From positions 62,001 through 126,000 of the forward strand of contig OZ037843.1 in assembly GCA_964035575.1 (NCBI GenBank): a stretch of 64,000 bases of DNA. Reading direction: 5' to 3'. Made by a program: the position numbers and the translations under genes. The notes under the pieces are model-generated. The model did not search any database and was not told the origin of the DNA. It worked only from the letters and a program-made list of their open reading frames with translations. Positions 34,421-45,030 of the stretch are shown piece by piece (position 1 is the stretch's first letter; each line of letters opens with the position of its first letter). This stretch comes from Rhynchopus sp. YZ270_cl-10 (taxonomy: Eukaryota).

Positions 34421-35437
34421 ATGCCAAGGACCAAGAAGAAGGAGGCTATGGAGGATCTGTATGAGACCGAGCTTCTGGCAGGGTTGAAGTCAAGCACTGC
34501 ATACAAAACGGAGTGGAATAAGTTTTTACAACACAATAAAATCACGGGGCGGAAGCAGCCAAGAGAAGAACATGTGGTCTCTTACTTGACACACCTGCGC
34601 GAAGAACGCAGCTACAAAGCCAGCTCATTATGGTCGTGCTACTCTAAGCTCAACTTTATGTTCAAGACGGAGTTCGACTTTTCACTAAAGGAGTACCACC
34701 GCATCGGGCTGTTGCTGAAGACCTGGGGAAGTGACGAATCGACGAAGAAGAGCAAGACGTTTTCGAAGGGAGAAGTGGAGATGTTTCTCAAGATGAGCGA
34801 GTTGAGCGACTGCTACTGGTGTGTCCGCAAGGCTTACGTCGCGGTGTGTTTTCTGTCGGGAATGAGATGCACAGAAGCACTGATGCTTGAGATGACAAAT
34901 TATCAGGAATCACCAGTGGGATACCTCTTCACGTACCAGCACTGTGCTAAGGTGAAAAAGGCCGACATGGAGCGTGGGAGGTTTGTGGTACCAAGAGACA
35001 GCATCTACTTTTGTGTGGTGGAGGAGTACCTGAACCGGCGCTCACCAGTTTCACAGGAGGGTCGCTTCTTCATCACTGGAACTAAGACGACAGCTGACAG
35101 AACTACTACTGGGACCTTTCGTGTGCAACCTCTTGGCATCAACAAAATGTACGGCATACCTGCAGAAGTCGCGAGGGTGCTTGCGCTGGACGGTTCGTAC
35201 ACTGGGCACAGCTTCCGCAGGTCTTCTGCGACTCAAGCCGCTGAGGCAGGAGCATCTATTGTACAGATGCAACGCCACTATGGGTGGGTCAGTCAGGCAA
35301 TGCCACAAAGGTACACCGAAGTCACACAGGCCGGTCAAGTTGCGATGTCACAGCTGTTGACACAGAACAACAGTCCCCCAACTCAGACGCCACAAGAAGT
35401 CAAGATTAACATCAATGTGCAACAGAACAAACCATGA
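34421..35437 (+). CDS. Tyrosine recombinase, 338 aa, catalytic set intact
   Basis: SGMRCTE (R), AKVKK (K), GHSFRRS (HxxR), HYGW (H/W), RYTE (Y); N-terminal core-binding-like helices. Confidence 0.95.
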   Translation: MPRTKKKEAMEDLYETELLAGLKSSTAYKTEWNKFLQHNKITGRKQPREEHVVSYLTHLREERSYKASSLWSCYSKLNFMFKTEFDFSLKEYHRIGLLLKTWGSDESTKKSKTFSKGEVEMFLKMSELSDCYWCVRKAYVAVCFLSGMRCTEALMLEMTNYQESPVGYLFTYQHCAKVKKADMERGRFVVPRDSIYFCVVEEYLNRRSPVSQEGRFFITGTKTTADRTTTGTFRVQPLGINKMYGIPAEVARVLALDGSYTGHSFRRSSATQAAEAGASIVQMQRHYGWVSQAMPQRYTEVTQAGQVAMSQLLTQNNSPPTQTPQEVKININVQQNKP

Positions 35438-35730
35438 TCATGAGTGCAAAAAAAAAAAACCCCCCTTCTGTGATGCTCTATACACCTGCCCCCCCCCCTA
35501 CAGGCGAGATGAGTGGTGACATCTTGTAATTAGTACCAGTCATAGGAGGCATATATCAAAAAAAGTAACCCCTTCCCTGCTTTTGATTGATGTTCACATG
35601 TTCCCCTACTCTCATTCACACTCTCACTTACAGGTACCCACATTTTGTTCATAAAATCACTCTATTTTACGTCTCGTTTGTGAAGGATCCCAGCAAAAAT
35701 ATCATTTTCACTTGTAAAACAAAACTACGT

Positions 35731-35884
35731 ATTAGTTTGAAATAAAGTGCGTTTTTTCACTTCCACGTATTTTGTCTCACTCGTGCTCTATTATTGCCCT
35801 CGCCTGCGGCTCGGGCAATAAACTCTCACTCGTGAGCCAAAATTACGTGGGCGTGAAAAAAAGTGCACTTTATTTCACGCTAAT
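35731..35884 (-). other. ~150-nt imperfect terminal hairpin with strand-specific G.A mismatches and GCA triloop
   Basis: Minus strand reads ...TTTCAC GC CCACGTA..CTCAC GA GTG AGAGT TTATTGCCC GA GCC GCA GGC GA GGGCAATAA TAGAG CAC GA GTGAG..TACGTGG AA GTGAAA... Confidence 0.85.
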
Positions 35885-37099
35885 AATTAGTTATTTTTTC
35901 ACGATCGTTTTTTTTTTTCACGATCGTTTTTTTTTTTTCCCCTAGTAGTACAAGGGGCATGGGCGTGAAATGGGTGGCAAGGGAGAGTTTCTGGGTTCTA
36001 CTTGGACTTTTTTGACCGACTCTTTTCCTTGAAACGATTTTGTGGCGAATCTTTCAAATAAAGCAAAAATCGAGAACATTCTCACACCAGAATCCCCCCC
36101 AACGGATGTCGCCAGCGAGGCACTAAAACCAGAAAACCGTTTTTACCCATAGCAAGTGCCACTATAGTGGCGCACGAATGCCACACGTTGGTAGGGGTAA
36201 TGGGGTTCTACTCATTTTCGTAAAGACATTTTTTTTCTGTGTGACAAGAATAAGGCAAGAATCGACAACTTTCGTGAAAATGTCATATCGTTGGATGCTG
36301 GAGGGAGGTGGGTCAACCCTAGGAAAACGACTTTTTTTGGCGCTCACCCCCAAAATCACCCCCTGCCTCGTGACTTCGCCCTGCAAACAGAATTCTACTC
36401 AAAATCGTAAAATAAATTATATTTCGTAAGAATTGATGTCGATCTTTTAGATAAAGCCAAAATCGAGCAGTTTTGATGATTAGGTTAGTGCAGCCGTAAC
36501 AAGGAGAACACAGGGTAAAATCCCTTGGTTTTCCCTTGCTGTACTGTATGTGTTAAAAAGTGTGTATTGGTGTACGGGAGAGATGCGCGTTTAAAGTTGC
36601 AACATTTTTAGGCTGATTGACGTGGGCCTGGCATGCCCCATTTTTCACTTTTTACCACCGATTTAATTCGATCACCATCGAACACTGGGAAAATTTCTTG
36701 GTCAGTTTGGGGTATAACACGTGTATGACCTAATTTTAGGTGGTCAGAAGTGGAGTCTGACCCCCGTGCCCACATCATTTTTGAGCATGTTTTTTGGTTT
36801 TCCTCAGCACAACGTAGGAGAAGGCGAACTGTTTACAAGGAGGGACAGGGTCGAGCGTGAGTGGGTCACTGCAGTGGCTCACGATACACTGAACGGGTTT
36901 GCGGCTGGGAGGGAAACGTTTCCACTGTTACAGGCAAGTCACAAGGGGGTGGTGACTTGTGTGGGAGAAATGGGTACGGACAAGGCTGTATGCGTTTAGT
37001 CCCAAGAGCCTTCACTGATGTCAGAGTCGTGATGCTCAGCATCATCATCAACCTTGGGGTCCTCAGCTGTCGCGTCGCAGTCAATATAGCTCCCGCACG

Positions 37100-37340
37100 C
37101 TCCTTCTCCTCCTGCACCAGCTTCTCCTCATCCCACCAACCATTCTCTTGTGGCGGCTTGCTCTCGCGCAAACTGCGTGCTACGACCACAAGCTTGTGCA
37201 GCTTTGGTGCAACTAGCCAGTTGCGCCTCTTCTCGCTCATCCACCCATCGTACTGAAGATGCGCTCAGCATGTTGAGGCACAAATGGAACTCAGGGGAAG
37301 AGCTGTGGACAGAGAGGCCAGGGTTTGGGGTGCTGTGTGA
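37100..37340 (-). pseudogene. Frameshifted hAT transposase C-terminal dimerization-domain remnant
   Basis: Across frames: LASLSTALPLSS / AERIFSTMG / MSEKRRNWLVAPKLHKLVVVARSLR, matching the hAT ERxFS...RRNRL...L signature. Confidence 0.7.
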
Positions 37341-38746
37341 GCTACAAACGCTCCCCTTCACTCCTTAGATCAAACATTACCCGTTGTCTTGCAAGAACTT
37401 GCCCAATTCTGCAAATTGACCCCACCACTGCACGGGCGGCTTCCAAAAATGCAAATAAGGACCCTTTTCCACAACCTTCCTTCACAGAAGGGTCAATTTT
37501 ACAAACCCGGATTTTGAGGAAAATTTTAGCCGAAAATGGGCCCACGTATAAGTGACCGGGCTCATATTTCCCAAAATTTAAGTGGTCAAAAAATCCAATT
37601 TTCGAGATTGACCCCACCACTGCACGGGCGAATCCCAAATGTAAATAAAGACGTTTTTGGCCCAAAATAAATCTGCCAAAATTGTGTCCCGGATTGGATT
37701 TTGGACTCCGGACCCCATATTTAGAAATAGCCCTGTGTTCTAAACAATGAGCATCACAGCGGTTGACCCTGGTATTTTTGGTTTTTTTTGAAAATCTCAG
37801 CTCAAAAAATACCAAAAAAAAAAAAAAAAATACAGGCGTATCATCCTTGCGTGACCCCCCCAAATTCTAAAATCTGTGGACAGCGTGCTCTGACATAGGT
37901 TGTACTCATTAAAAAACCGGTAAAAATACAAGTAATGTGTGATGGTCAAAAGTGCAAAATTCCTTCGCCAATGCATTATTTGAGCATTTGTTATACCTGG
38001 AGAATATGGTCAGATCACTCTTCAGACCACCAGCCAACGAAATATACCGTAATTGTACAGAGGTTGGACAGTACAAAAGTTGGGGCTTTTGGCCAACTTG
38101 GCCTGGTGTTGAACCGCATCCCCCGCCACAATGGGCATAAATGTCCTCTTGGTCCGTAAAGGGTTAAAAAGAGTGTCTCACGATACACATACAACCACTC
38201 GCGATTGGATAGATATTATAACAAAGGGAATTCAGAACAAAACAACACCCTGCCCACACACTAAATTGCCATGCTTCAAGAGCATGCCTGCCGGGCCAAA
38301 AATTACTGTGGCAAAAAGGCAACAAGACCACCCACAAAGAGTGTGAATTGTATTGGATGGACAGGGGTTTGCACAGTGATGATGTTACTACGACTAGGTT
38401 TTTGGCGATATTACATGTGCATGTTACATGCCATGCCGTGACGTGCTGCTTCATGGTATACGCATGTCATAGAATGTCGCGATTTTTTACGATTCGTATT
38501 TCGGGTTTTGCGAATTTTGTTCCAGAAAAGTACACCCCAAAAATGGCAAAAAAGGTGACATTTTACGTCAAAACACCGCTAAAAGTTACTCTCGGCCGAT
38601 TTCAGGGGGGTTGTGGGCACCTGTGGGGGCTCCCTCCCTGGTGTGGGCCAGCGATCAACGACATAATATGGGAAAAAAAAAACGATCGTTTTTTTTTTCC
38701 TTCACGATCGTGAAGAAAAAGGTGCTTTTTTTTCACGATCGTGAAG

Positions 38747-40405
38747 AAATAACTAATTATTAGCGTGAAATAAAGTGCACTTTTTTTCACGCCCACGTAA
38801 TTTTGGCTCACGAGTGAGAGTTTATTGCCCGAGCCGCAGGCGAGGGCAATAATAGAGCACGAGTGAGACAAAATACGTGGAAGTGAAAAAACGCACTTTA
38901 TTTCAAACTAATACGTAGTTTTGTTTTACAAGTGAAAATGATATTTTTGCTGGGATCCTTCACAAACGAGACGTAAAATAGAGTGATTTTATGAACAAAA
39001 TGTGGGTACCTGTAAGTGAGAGTGTGAATGAGAGTAGGGGAACATGTGAACATCAATCAAAAGCAGGGAAGGGGTTACTTTTTTTGATATATGCCTCCTA
39101 TGACTGGTACTAATTACAAGATGTCACCACTCATCTCGCCTGTAGGGGGGGGGCAGGTGTATAGAGCATCACAGAAGGGGGGTTTTTTTTTTTGCACTCA
39201 TGATCATGGTTTGTTCTGTTGCACATTGATGTTAATCTTGACTTCTTGTGGCGTCTGAGTTGGGGGACTGTTGTTCTGTGTCAACAGCTGTGACATCGCA
39301 ACTTGACCGGCCTGTGTGACTTCGGTGTACCTTTGTGGCATTGCCTGACTGACCCACCCATAGTGGCGTTGCATCTGTACAATAGATGCTCCTGCCTCAG
39401 CGGCTTGAGTCGCAGAAGACCTGCGGAAGCTGTGCCCAGTGTACGAACCGTCCAGCGCAAGCACCCTCGCGACTTCTGCAGGTATGCCGTACATTTTGTT
39501 GATGCCAAGAGGTTGCACACGAAAGGTCCCAGTAGTAGTTCTGTCAGCTGTCGTCTTAGTTCCAGTGATGAAGAAGCGACCCTCCTGTGAAACTGGTGAG
39601 CGCCGGTTCAGGTACTCCTCCACCACACAAAAGTAGATGCTGTCTCTTGGTACCACAAACCTCCCACGCTCCATGTCGGCCTTTTTCACCTTAGCACAGT
39701 GCTGGTACGTGAAGAGGTATCCCACTGGTGATTCCTGATAATTTGTCATCTCAAGCATCAGTGCTTCTGTGCATCTCATTCCCGACAGAAAACACACCGC
39801 GACGTAAGCCTTGCGGACACACCAGTAGCAGTCGCTCAACTCGCTCATCTTGAGAAACATCTCCACTTCTCCCTTCGAAAACGTCTTGCTCTTCTTCGTC
39901 GATTCGTCACTTCCCCAGGTCTTCAGCAACAGCCCGATGCGGTGGTACTCCTTTAGTGAAAAGTCGAACTCCGTCTTGAACATAAAGTTGAGCTTAGAGT
40001 AGCACGACCATAATGAGCTGGCTTTGTAGCTGCGTTCTTCGCGCAGGTGTGTCAAGTAAGAGACCACATGTTCTTCTCTTGGCTGCTTCCGCCCCGTGAT
40101 TTTATTGTGTTGTAAAAACTTATTCCACTCCGTTTTGTATGCAGTGCTTGACTTCAACCCTGCCAGAAGCTCGGTCTCATACAGATCCTCCATAGCCTCC
40201 TTCTTCTTGGTCCTTGGCATGATTTGTAGGGTGGAGTGTGTGGTTTTGTGACTGACAGAAAACAGTGAAACTTTTTTTCACGCCAGTGAAACTTTTTTTC
40301 ACGCCTCCAGCGAAATTACTAAGAGCAAGCGTGAAAAAAAGCTCACTTTATTTCACGCCCCGTTTGTGAAGGATCCCAGCAAAAAGTCATTTTCACATGT
40401 GATAT
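38747..40405 (-). mobile_element. 1.66-kb tyrosine-recombinase element, copy R (inverted)
   Basis: Reverse complement of copy L apart from homopolymer length; hairpin at 38759-38912. Confidence 0.88.
39204..40220 (-). CDS. Tyrosine recombinase, 338 aa, identical to 34421-35437
   Basis: Identical translation in the ORF track. Confidence 0.95.
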   Translation of the reverse strand: MPRTKKKEAMEDLYETELLAGLKSSTAYKTEWNKFLQHNKITGRKQPREEHVVSYLTHLREERSYKASSLWSCYSKLNFMFKTEFDFSLKEYHRIGLLLKTWGSDESTKKSKTFSKGEVEMFLKMSELSDCYWCVRKAYVAVCFLSGMRCTEALMLEMTNYQESPVGYLFTYQHCAKVKKADMERGRFVVPRDSIYFCVVEEYLNRRSPVSQEGRFFITGTKTTADRTTTGTFRVQPLGINKMYGIPAEVARVLALDGSYTGHSFRRSSATQAAEAGASIVQMQRHYGWVSQAMPQRYTEVTQAGQVAMSQLLTQNNSPPTQTPQEVKININVQQNKP

Positions 40406-40890
40406 AAAAAAAAAAAAAAAAACGATCGTTTTTTTTTTCTTCACGATCGTGAAAAAAAAAAAAAAAAAAAAAGACCGATCACTTTTTCCCAGATTCGTAA
40501 AAAAAAAAAAAAAAAAAAAACGATCGTTTTCACCCTATGTTTTTTGGCCAAAAAAATTTTTTTGGCCGAAAATCGCCTTGTATAGCCACTACAGTACACA
40601 TGGTTTTACCAAAATAGCCGTATTTTGGCTGAAAATTTGACTTGAAAATTTTTTTCATTGTTTGGTCAATCTGAGGTTTTCTTTGAATTTTTTGGGCCAT
40701 TTTATGACCTACTACACCCAATTTTTGGGGGATTTTTTTTTTCTTGGTCAAAAAATAGCGCTTGTTGCCTACTACTGGGTATAGGCTTGTTCAGAGGTGT
40801 GTATTTGGTGTACCCAGACATGGTCAAAACACATGAATTTTGCGTTTTTTTGCATTTTTAGGTTCTCGACCAACCAGGGGGCGACCAATT

Positions 40891-41009
40891 TGGGTACTGG
40901 GTACTGGGTACTGGGTACTGGGTACTGGGTACTGGGTACTGGGTACTGGGTACTGGGTACTGGGTACTGGGTACTGGGTACTGGGTACTGGGTACTGGGT
41001 ACTGGGTAC
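40891..41009 (+). repeat. (TGGGTAC)17 heptamer microsatellite
   Basis: Seen directly. Confidence 0.97.
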
Positions 41010-41418
41010 CAAGAGAAGGCAGCTTGACAGCAGCGAAGGCGGAGGCTACGGGGAAGACAAGGTATGTAAATGTTTAACTTTCAGTTACTTGTGTAGATGC
41101 AAACAACACACCCAGTGGTTTGCAGCATTTTATTTTCTTGTGTGCTTTCTCTTCTTTGAATCGAAAGTATGTGAACCTTATTACATCATGATACAATGCA
41201 ACGAGGCCGAAACAGCCTCACTAAGGCCTCTGAAAATAAATGTTCAGACTTGGCACTTACTTATGTTTAGGTGCGCCTCAACCACACGCTTGAATATATT
41301 TAATTTGCCACACCTCAGATAGATTTTCCAGATATGCCTATGTTCAGGTGTTCCAGGCCTCGTCACAAATAGACAAAAAAACAAAAGCCAAAACAACAGA
41401 GAGAGAGCCAACAATTTT

Positions 41419-41720
41419 TTATCTCACTTGTGTAATAATGTTTAGCCGCGTTTTCGAAATTCCTTCCTGGAGATTACACAAAATACAGTAGACATTATCT
41501 CCGCACACAAAGAACAAAACAAAACCCATGCCGAGAGTAGGCGCAAAAGCAATATGGAGGAGATCTGCGCATGCAACCAAAAGGGTTGCAGTCATAGGAC
41601 TTCGAGGAACTGTTCACCATACCCAACCTTGACGCCCCGTACTAGGTGGTCATACATCATTTGTCAAATATACTGTAGGAATTTCGAAAACGCAGCACAA
41701 CATTATTGCCCGTGAGATAA
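41419..41720 (+). mobile_element. IR-bounded cassette A with a probable degenerate YR 5' fragment
   Basis: ~45-bp IR TTATCTCAC..AATAATGTT..GCGTTTTCGAAATTCCT (41419-64 / 41677-720). ATG at 41528 gives MPRVGAKA then frameshifted MEEI, weakly like YR MPRTKKKEAMEDL. Confidence 0.55.
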
Positions 41721-42535
41721 TAACTATTTATTCGAGTGAAATAAGAACTATTTTATTTCACGCGCCACTAAAAAGGTGCCCGAGTGCGTTATTTCCCGAG
41801 CGAAGCGAGGGGAATAAGAGTGAGAGTCACGAGGGTGCCTTTTTAGTGGCAAGTGCAAGAAAATGTTCTTATTTCACTCAATATGTAATTTTATTCCACA
41901 AGTGAAAAACGTATTTATAGGTGTAAACAGTGGAACGTTGAGCCCACGCTCCACCCCTCACACCACCACACTTCAAATTACAGATTATTTATTGCCTCTT
42001 ACACACATGCCTAAACCCACGCGCAAGTTTGCGGAGATGGAGGATGCATATGACAACTTGTTCGACGACATGAACAGTGGTGTGCAGTACAGGAAAACAT
42101 GGGACGATTTCCTCCGTTTCAACAGACTTTCAGGAGCGAACGAGCCCAGGGAAGAACACGTCGTGTCCTTCAGATCACTCCGTGATCTTTTATTTCACTC
42201 CCCCACCCAATCCTTCACGATTTGCGTGAAATAAAACGTGAAATAAAACGAATCTTATTTCACTCACTTTTTCACCTGTTTACGTTTTTCACGCGTGGTA
42301 TAAAATTACGTATCGAAAACTAAAGTGAACATTATTTAACTGATGGGTGATTCACAAACTGGAATACGTGATACCCACTCGCTATCGCTCGTGACATCAC
42401 TTTTATGATTACACTCACTTCACTCATGAAATCAAAATGCTGAACTCCACTCGCTTCGTGAAGTTGAGCCCCAGTTTGAGTCACCCACCACCTCGTGAAA
42501 TAATGTTCACTTTATTTCATGAGATAATAATTATC
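41719..42535 (+). mobile_element. Internally deleted YR-element relative: hairpin A - IR - YR fragment - IR - hairpin B
   Basis: Hairpin 41734-41879; 33-bp IR 41881-41913 / 42281-42313; branched hairpin ~42311-42525; end ATAACTATTTATT resembles ATAACTAATTATT of the full element. Confidence 0.8.
42007..42171 (+). pseudogene. Truncated YR N-terminus (diverged paralog)
   Basis: MPKPTRKFAEMEDAYDNLFDDMNSGVQYRKTWDDFLRFNRLSGANEPREEHVVSF aligns with YR MPRTKKKEAMEDLYE...AYKTEWNKFLQHNKITGRKQPREEHVVSY. Confidence 0.85.
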
Positions 42536-42547
42536 TAACTCAGTGAA

Positions 42548-43404
42548 ATAAAACTCGTGTAATTTTGCAGATTATATGCCCTTTGTGTCACTCAATTGTA
42601 ACCGAGAATGTAAGGCAGTGAGTATTTGATCTGCCCTTTATGTCGCGAAATACTATGTTTGGTGTTTTGACGTCTTCCAAGCAGATGGATATTCCCTCAC
42701 TTGCACGCAATCTACCGAGGAACCGACTGCCTTTCTCAAAAGCCAGTACATGTCGGGGTGTCGAGGTCCGTGTCAATACAAAGCGGACCAAGTCGCTCGA
42801 GGTTTGAAAACCGCAAGAACTCGTCCCATTTCTTCTTGTACACCTCCTTGCTTCTCATACCCGCTGAGACTTGGTATCCGTAAGTGTCATACATCCTGTC
42901 CTTCTTCGTTTTGGCAGTGTTTGAGGGGAGTGATGAAAAAGTTCTTTTTTTTACTGAGTGATTTTTTTAACCAAAAGAAAACCGACGCAGGAGCTTTTCT
43001 GGAACTGTTTTATTCTCCCCACCCCAACAACATCACATTTCAGAAAAACATTGTTTTTTCGTTTTTGTTCACTTTCTTTTCTTCTCCCTCACACCTGTTT
43101 GCTGTGAATTAAATTTTTTCGTTTCGGCCTGGTCGCAAACGCGAGTTTTCCTGGAAGCGCAGGAAAAATGACTGGGGAGTGTTGGTGGCTCCGTGACGCC
43201 ACAGAGCCGGCACACTCGTTGAGTGCCTCACAAAACCTCAAATTTATTCCGCTTTGATTTCATTTATTGTCTTCACGCTTTATCGTTGTTGTTGGGTTGG
43301 GAAATAATATTTCATTCTCCCATACATTCTCGGTTACAATTGAGTGACAAAGGGCACATTATCACCCACCTTTGTGGGAATTCACAAAATTACACGAGTT
43401 TTAT
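42548..43404 (-). mobile_element. IR-bounded cassette C containing a YR 5' fragment on the minus strand
   Basis: Perfect 20-bp IR ATAAAACTCGTGTAATTTTG (42548-67) / CAAAATTACACGAGTTTTAT (43385-404). Confidence 0.65.
42800..42917 (-). pseudogene. Another truncated YR N-terminus (not in the ORF track)
   Basis: Minus strand translates AKTKKDRMYDTYGYQVSAGMRSKEVYKKKWDEFLRF, aligning with RTKKKEAMEDLYETELLAGLKSSTAYKTEWNKFLQH. Confidence 0.75.
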
Positions 43405-44896
43405 CCCCTTTTTTTACCACATTAACCTCACCTTTCCCGATAACTGCGTTTCTACACCATACATTTCATTCATTAATCACACTCCACATTTACACTCATC
43501 ACAGGATCGTGAAATCTGAACTGCATCTGCGATTGTGATGAGAAGCCTCGCCGCGTCTCCGACATTCAGCAACTCAAAATCCAAAGAGTATCACCCGCAT
43601 CAATCCATTCTGAGTTTGCGGACTAAGATCTGGGGTGGAAGGGGGATGGGTACACTTTGTCAGTCACTGCTATTGCCATTTAACCCAGGGAGCATAGCTA
43701 GTGCAAGAAATTCGACTTTGGAAACCTTCCGGAAAGTCTGTCCTCTGCTTGCGGAGGACGAGGCACAAGAAAATATTGCGTTCCCCCAGAAAACCAGTGC
43801 ACATTTCACACTCCTTGTGGGTGGTCTTGTTGCCTTTTTGTCACAGTAATTTTGGCCCAGGCATGCTCTTGAAGCATGACAATTTAGTGTGTATGGGGCA
43901 GGGTGTTGTTTTGTTCTGAATTCTCTTTGTTATAACATCTGGTTTGTGTAGCGTGAGGCACTCTTTTTAACAAACTTCCTGCGGCTGCTAAAGCGTTATT
44001 TCTTCGGATTTAACAACGTACAGCGTAACATAGTGGATTCGCCTGGTCGACACAACCTTTGATAGATATGGGATAACCAACCCCCTTCGACCCCTCGTGG
44101 GTTCACTAAACAAGCCCTCGTGGTAGTTAAACGCGATTGACATTTACATTCCTAGAGATGAAAGAACAAGACAACACTTCTGTACCCGCGCATCAAAATT
44201 GTGGAAAACTTTGCACCCCAAACACCCTCAACAACGCCCGCCAAAAGGCGCCCCTTGTTGCTGGGAGTTGGTTCTCATGTTTGATACCTGCACAGCGGGC
44301 ATTCCTCTGAGTCCAACGCATGTTTGGCCTGTCTGCGGCGTTGTACTTCAGGTGCACGAAGACAGGGTCTGGTGGTAAATTTTGCGTAGTGTCGCATTCC
44401 CTCATGTGTGGGTCACTCACACTTGGCGGTCATGTGCCACTGCGTGGGTCTGGGAATTTGGGTACCTGGGTACAGGAAATTTGTTGTGGAAGACATCAAC
44501 CACCATGCATTGAGGAGGGTAAGACAGTGTTCGCAGTTTCTACCTGATAGCATTACAACATTTAACTTCTCCACGGGGGTCTTGGGCCGTTCACTCGGTT
44601 CTACCTTGACTACCGGAAGATATTCTTGAGGCCTTTCTGGTCTCTAGAATATCCGGTCTTCCCGAACGGAGGCACACTTTGTGTGTTACTACGACCTGGC
44701 AATTTCCAGCAGTAGGTTAAGTAATCTTTCTTGTAAATTGTTGGATCATTATCTCCTCAGTGCATGAATGCCCCACGTGACTGGACACTTTTGTGTTTGT
44801 CATGTGGAGCTGTGGTTGCTCTTTCACGACTTTTTTCCTGTTCCTGGGTACCTGTTCCTGGACCTGGACCTGGGTACCTGGGCACCTGGGTGTGCC

Positions 44897-45030
44897 TGTC
44901 GGACCCCAGGGTCCGGCAGTCGGACTCAGGGGTCCGACTGTGAGTCCGACAGTCGGACCCCTGAGTCCGACTGTCGGACTCAGGGGGTCCGACTGTCGGA
45001 CCCCCTCGGACTCCGACAAAAGGGTCCGAC
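44897..45030. repeat. Palindromic minisatellite GTCCGAC(A/T)GTCGGAC, right array
   Basis: Seen directly. Confidence 0.9.

Larger units (their letters stand above)
34236..35896 (+). mobile_element. 1.66-kb tyrosine-recombinase (Crypton-like) element, copy L
   Basis: Reverse complement of 38747-40405; internal IRs at 34245-34280 and 35675-35711 flank the gene; terminal hairpin 35731-35884. Confidence 0.88.

Noticed and set aside
38145..38167. piggyBac-like right end (GTCCGTAAAGGG|TTAA)
   Set aside because: No matching left terminus found in the window.
40797..41322. ORFs with GTGYWVL or PSTQYPV repeats
   Set aside because: Artefacts of the (TGGGTAC)n satellite.
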